DNA from: Eledone cirrhosa
Lineage: Eukaryota
Length of the DNA: 64,000 nt
NCBI GenBank assembly: GCA_964016885.1
Contig: OZ024743.1
Span: 160,146,001 to 160,210,000, forward strand
Direction of reading: 5' to 3'
Shown: positions 58,000 through 64,000 of the stretch, one piece after another
How positions within the stretch are numbered: position 1 is the first letter of the stretch
Layout: every line of letters begins with the position of its first letter
Translations under genes and position numbers: made by a program
The notes under the pieces: generated by a model
Told to the model about the DNA's origin: nothing
Seen by the model: the letters and a program-made list of their open reading frames with translations, nothing else
The model's database searches: none

Positions 58000-59130
58000 T
58001 AATATAGAAATGGTTTCTACAGGACTAGAAATGTTTCATTCGGAGGAAATCATCAGGACTATATATATCCTAATTTAATACCCCCATTTTCAAAACCTAT
58101 TTAGTGAAAGAAATACCGCAGCAGTGAGTTCTTTTCAATGGTTTACATATTAAGTGGATCGCCGAGCCGCTGTATATTAATTGAAGTATTTCTGCCTTCA
58201 TTGTGTCTTCATAATGACAACCGATCAGTCTTTGACAGTTTCTATTATAACAGTATCTTTATCTAGTTTTTGGTCATTTAGTTGTTTCCATTGTTGTCTG
58301 CTGAAGTTTGACTTTGTGGCGTTTTCAGGTTTTCAATTCGGGAGTTTGATATGTGGCCACATAATTTATCCGGGGCTGCATTTCTTCCTCTTTGGGGTTG
58401 AAATTCATTTTTTCTTACTAGTTATTAGTCTCTATCTTCTTTTTAAAAACCGTTCCGCTAGTCATAGTCTTCTACAGAAGTCCGAAATATACTTGATGTT
58501 TGAGGTATTGGTGTACATTTTGATTCTTTGTTTAGTATATCTATTTGTGTGGGTGTTAGTGACTTTTGTGAGAGGTTGATTATCTATAAGACTTTTGGCC
58601 ATCTCGTGTCCCTGTAATTCTTGTTCATCTCAAAAAAACGATCATTAGGTAGGATCCTCTATATTATTCCTCCTGTTAGTATTTTGTATGCAGTAATTTG
58701 TGTAATTCTTCTGTATTTCATTATTACATCCGTTATTCTGTTCCTTAAACTTATGTGTTGTGTGCTGGTTTCGGTACAGTCTGAGATTATTTCGGTAGTT
58801 CCCTGTGTTGGGTTTATTCTCACCGAAGTTTAGATTTCTGTTTATTGTTCTGTGTTTATATGTATTTTCGTTGGGATTATTCTGGGTTTTTTTCTGGAAT
58901 TGTTAAGGTACCACCGGGTGTGTGGTACATTATGATTACTTGTTGGACTATTTATGAGTTGAAATGGTGGAGGTTGTCTTGGAATCTGATTTTACTTTCT
59001 TCAAAAATCTGTCTAAATCTTCTCTATATTGGGGTTTTCTTTGATAACTTGAATATTGGAGTTGTGTTGTGTGGGTGGTGCGTATATGGGTTTTCGTGTT
59101 GTTGGATTTTTATTTTTTCAAAATAGAATA
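58000..59130 (-). mobile_element. Very decayed, probably PLE-derived relic
   Basis: A-rich minus strand, RQPP-like motif, degenerate CTGATGA..GAAAC near the 3' end at (TA)n. Confidence 0.35.
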
Positions 59131-59165
59131 TTTTACCCTATATTCTTGTATATATATAAATATAA

Positions 59166-59231
<66 letters not shown>

Positions 59232-59232
59232 A

Positions 59233-59328
<96 letters not shown>

Positions 59329-59336
59329 CGTGCGTG

Positions 59337-59368
<32 letters not shown>

Positions 59369-60310
59369 TTTAATTTAAATCAATTGTGAAATAACAATTC
59401 TTAGTACAAATGATGCATAAATCACCGAATCAAGTCTCATATAAAATTCGGATCCATAATATATTGTTATATTGCTCAAATATTCAATTTTGTATTATAT
59501 ATTTTCTATTCAAAAAGAAAATGGTTATAAATGGAAGAAAACACCCTCTGTCTACACTATATAGAACAGCCAAATAACAGCAATTTCACCAACACCAGAA
59601 ACTAGATACACCACCTACCCCATCACCCCGCTGTGTACACTAAATATAACAGCCAGATAACGGCAATTTCACCACCACCACCACCAATCCCAGCATCATC
59701 ATAATAATTACTATTATTATTGTGTCAAGTTTTAACAAAATGTTTAATTCCAATATTAAGTTAATATGTCAACACATATATTAAACTTACGCGACACAAA
59801 CGCATAGTACTACAGATCAAACAAAACTAGTCTATTCAACAAAACTCAGTAACGACAACGCCACCGCCGCCATCACTCCATCCATCATTGCTACCACTAT
59901 CCTATCACCGCCGCCACCACTCCATTGCTACCACCACTATTCCCCTGTTAACTTAAGAAAGGGGAAGGTGGCGGTATCACTAGTCAAGGGAGAGGCTAGC
60001 AAAAGATATAAATAGATTGATTTAGTGACTCGGCCACCGGCCAAGTGCCAACAACTATGGCACTGCTGGCTCCCCCCTTCCCCAACAACAATATAAAAAG
60101 CCCCACCACCACCACCGACATAGCCAACAACAATAACAGGTAACTTCAGCAAAAAATATATTATATTATTGTAATGCACTGGGTAATTGGTGGCCTTGTG
60201 CCTGGAGTGGAGACAATTATTAATAATTTTATTCTTAAGCCACGCAATGCTCACATTAAGGAACCACTCATGATAATAACAATTTAAAAAAACAACAAAA
60301 AAGAAAACCA

Positions 60311-62110
60311 CATGACCAAGAAATACCGGGATGGCGGCCGGCGGAGAACGACCCTTCTAGTCTTGGTTGACACTCGTTCTAGAAGAGGTAACACGAAATG
60401 ATTACCCCTTGGCGGATAAGGATAAAACGCGACAAAATAAAGTAAATGTCTAATGATAAAATCTCATACCGGATCGGCCGTCACCCGGGGTAAAAAAGGG
60501 TCGCGTCCCTCAAAAGAGGAACCAGACTGGGGTCAAAAAATCAGCTAATGGTTCAAACCCTCCCATCACTTCGGAGCTGGAGACCTCCCATAACCGGAAT
60601 ACTCCTACTTTTGGCCCTCCATGCTCACCACCAAGAAATCCAAAGAAAAAGAGAGAAAAATGGTCGAGGGAAGATAATAAAGAAGTCCTTGAGGCTGCAA
60701 TGTACTACCTATCAAATACATTGAATACAGAACACGCATATATCAACTGAAAAAAAACCCCCGAAAACAGAGGCTATATTGACAGTAACAAACTAACCAA
60801 TATACGAAGAAATATTGTAAAAAAAAGTTACTAACTGATATAGAAATTGATCAGATCAAGCTATTAGCACAAAGTCAGCGAAGGGAAAATGAAACATGTG
60901 TCAGTGAAAACGAGGTAAATTTTAACACTTCGAATCTCAGGGTTGGGGCGGAATCACTGGCAACAGAACAAATTAAAGAAAGGATCGAAAAAGTGGAGAG
61001 AGTGCATGCTCAAGATCAAACTCCAAATGAAAATAATGAGATCGTAAATGATAAAGAAATGAATAAGAATGAACTTGCCAACTTGAAGGATGAAATTATG
61101 ATCGAATGGATGAAAATGAAAGAATCTGGCATGGGGAAACGAGACACACTCCCTAAGATCCAGAACTCCAAACAGAACCAAAAGATAATACACAAGACTA
61201 ACATAATTCTCAAAGACATTATCATCACAAACAAACTAAACATTACTGATTTAAATCATCTCTATTATGCATCGGCTAGAGTCACCACTCACTTATGTGG
61301 AGTGAAGATGAAAAAACAAAGGAATTCCCACAAGAAATCTACTTGGCAAGAGAACATCAATCGCCAAATAAACCTTCTCCGATCTGACATAGAAATGTTA
61401 ACAAACTATAAAGTAGGTGAACATGTTAAACAAAGTAAACTTAGAAAATTGAAAAGAAAGTAAAGTATAAAATCAACAAGTGACATAGACATGCTAATAG
61501 AAATAATCAAGCAAAGAGTGTCGGCCAAAGCTGCTCGTATAAGGCGCTTTGAAAAACGATCTAGATTATATAAGTACAATAATATGTTCAAATTGAACAT
61601 ATTATTGTCCTTATAGAATCTAGCATCCAAACAGACCAAAAATAGATGCAAATAGACCTGATATAATATTGAAGGACTTTAAAAAGAGGTATGCCTGCTA
61701 ATTGATATGTCCGTTCGAATAGACAAGAATGTCTCTATAAAAACATTTCAAAAATTGAGCAAGTATAAGGACCTGGAGATAGAAATTGGAAAAATGTGGA
61801 AATTGAGAACTAAAACAATACCAGTGGTTGTAGGCTCTCTAGGAATGATACCTAAGGGGTCTAATGATTACTTATCGCAAATCCCAGGAAACCCGCGTAT
61901 AGGAGAAATACAAAAGATAGTACTAATGGGAACTGCCCATATACTAAGGAAGATTCTGTCAATATAAGTACATCACAAGTCTAAACACTAAAGATGCATT
62001 TGTGAGTATGTATGTTCTTTCTTGAACATGGCGGACATTGTTGTCTCTTGATGTCACTGGTTGTGACTAGGTGATAACTCGTATGAACATAAAGCAAGAT
62101 AAATACAACT

Positions 62111-62150
<40 letters not shown>
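60311..62150 (+). mobile_element. R4/Dong-type non-LTR element with intact-looking ends and internal deletion of RT
   Basis: KWSREDNKEV, LNHLYYASARV, RIRRFEKR jumps to RPDII..LLIDMSV..KLSKYKDL..GTAHILRKIL; (TAA)13 tail. Confidence 0.88.
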
Positions 62151-62152
<2 letters not shown>

Positions 62153-62429
62153 GGACAAGTTGTTATGTCTTCATTCCGTTTATTGAGTAGTGAGGTGCGT
62201 TTTGCTATTTATCAGCTCAAGGTTCGATCAGTATCGATCTAGCCCGACTCTGGACTCAAATGCTCGTCGGACCTTTGCTCTCATTGTCACAACAAAGGTC
62301 CGACGAGCTTTTGATTCCAGAGTTGGACTAGATAGATACAGATCGAACCTTGAGCTGATCAATAGCGAAACGCACCTCACTACACAATAAACGGAATGAA
62401 GACATAACAACTCATCCTTTTATTATTAT
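62143..62429. mobile_element. HHR-like fold-back (~135-bp arms) between two R4 tails
   Basis: 62143-62277 mirrors 62293-62429; CCGACGA..GAAA. Confidence 0.85.
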
Positions 62430-62432
62430 CAT

Positions 62433-64000
62433 AGTTGCATTTATTTTGCTTTATGTTCATACGAGTTATCACCAAGTCACAACCAGTGAAGTCAAGAGAC
62501 AACAAGGTCCGCCATGTTCAAGAAAGAACATACATACACACAAATGCATCTTTAGGTGTGTAGACTTATGATGTACTTATATTGACAGAATCTTCTTTAG
62601 TATATGGGCAGTTCCTATTAGTACTATTTTTTTGTATTTATCCTATACGCGGGTTTCCTGGGATTTGCGATAAGTAATCATTTGCCCCTTAGGTATCATT
62701 CCTAGTGCGCCTACAACCGCTGGTATTGTTTTAGTTCTCAATTTCCACATTTTCCAATTTCTATCTCCAGTTCCTTATACTTGCTCAATTTTTCAAATGT
62801 TTTTATAGATACATTCTTGTCTATTGGAACGGACATATCAATTAGCAGGCATACCCTCGTTTTAAATTCATTCAGTATTATATCAGGTCTATGTGCATCT
62901 ATTTTTCGGTCTGTTTGGATTCTAATGTTCCACAAGATATGAGCTTTTTCAAGTATGGGAGGTGGTTGATGCTTCCACCAATTCTTTTGATGGGGCAGGT
63001 CAAAATGCTTACACATTAACCAAAGTATGTATTGTGCAGCTCTGTCATGCCTGTTTAGGTATTCCGTTGGAGCTATAGGACTGCACATTGAAATTATATG
63101 GTCAATGGTCTCTGTTTGTTTTTTACATACACGGCATAATGTGTTGCATCCAATTTTTATTATGTTGGCTTGGTAATTTTTTGTTGGCAGACACTGATCT
63201 TGTGCTGATATAATCAGTCCTTCAGTCTCCGATTTCAGTCCAGAGGGTGCCAACCACTGATGGGTTAAGGTTTTGTCAACATCAGGATTGTTAGCTCTTT
63301 CTGGGTATTTTCCATACAGAGGCTTTTCTTGCCATTTCTTAGCCAATTTCTGTAGCAGTTCTTTCTTTGCAGTTACTTTTTCCTGCTTTGGGAATTCTGA
63401 AATTTGTAGTCCATTACTGTATCTTTGTGCATCATTTGGAATGGAGTATGATCTTTTGATGATTTCGTGTTTCAAAATGAGTTTGATCATCCAATCATGT
63501 GATTCCCTTAGATATGTAGATAATCCAATTGTTGCAGTTTTCAACGCAATATCTAACTGGATTAACCCATGTCCTCCTTCTTTCCTTGGGAGATATATTC
63601 TATCTGAATCTGCCTTAGGGTGATTCATTCTGTGCATGGTTAAGAATTTTCTAATTTTTGTATTGAGCCTACGGATCTCTGTGCTTGACCAGTTGATGAC
63701 ATTGTAACTGTAGGTTACTACTGGTAAGGCAAGCGTGATTATGGCATCGATCCTATTCCTTGCATTCAATTCCGTTCTTAAGATTGCTCTTACTCTGCGG
63801 TAACATTCCTTCCTTATCCTTTCCGTCATTGTCGAGTGTTTGATTCCGTCTCCTTCACAAACACCTAGATATTTGTAAGTTTCCTCTTGATCAAGTTCTC
63901 TTATCACATTCCCCCGATCAACAATAATGTCACAACTTTTCAGCAGCTTTCCTCTGGTGAACGTTGCTTTGACGCATTTATCTAGTCCAAACTCCATTTT
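62433..64000 (-). mobile_element. R4/Dong-type non-LTR element (RT C-terminus, zinc knuckle, RLE); runs off the window
   Basis: ORF 62738-63997: MEFGLDKC, YKYLG, RIYLPRKEGG, CRVC..ETIDHIISMC, RHD, RPDII, KLSKY; frameshift near the end. Confidence 0.93.

Noticed and set aside
58181-59126. Hydrophobic membrane-like ORFs
   Set aside because: Antisense to an A-rich retroelement relic; T-richness mimics transmembrane segments.

Overview
AT-rich, microsatellite-dense eukaryotic DNA made up almost entirely of repeats. It is most likely from an octopod cephalopod, inferred from a tRNA-derived SINE matching my recollection of octopus SINEs (not database-checked). No complete host gene is evident; a few phase-1, Cys-rich candidate exons lie on the + strand. 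Penelope-like retroelements (PLEs) dominate: RT followed by CxC..CP..C linker and C-terminal GIY-YIG, resembling the Hydra clade, plus their non-coding derivatives. They nearly always sit in (TA)n tracts, often as head-to-head fold-backs. By eye I find more than 20 type-I hammerhead ribozyme (HHR) motifs from at least 10 unrelated families. These include core variants (U3:A8 compensatory, U4C, U4A, extra A) and HHRs with ~80-100-nt or branched stem II. The best candidate for a new system is a ~420-440-bp non-coding, highly structured, single-HHR unit found as terminally redundant, tandem and inverted copies (31.4-31.9 kb, 35.7-36.4 kb), i.e. a retrozyme-like element that may have a circular RNA phase. 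Also present: decayed hAT (Buster/Charlie and Tip100-like) and Chapaev3-type transposases, three non-autonomous Helitrons, two MITEs, RTE and CRE fragments, and two tail-to-tail R4/Dong-type LINEs around an HHR fold-back. All structures were read manually; no folding program or database search was run.
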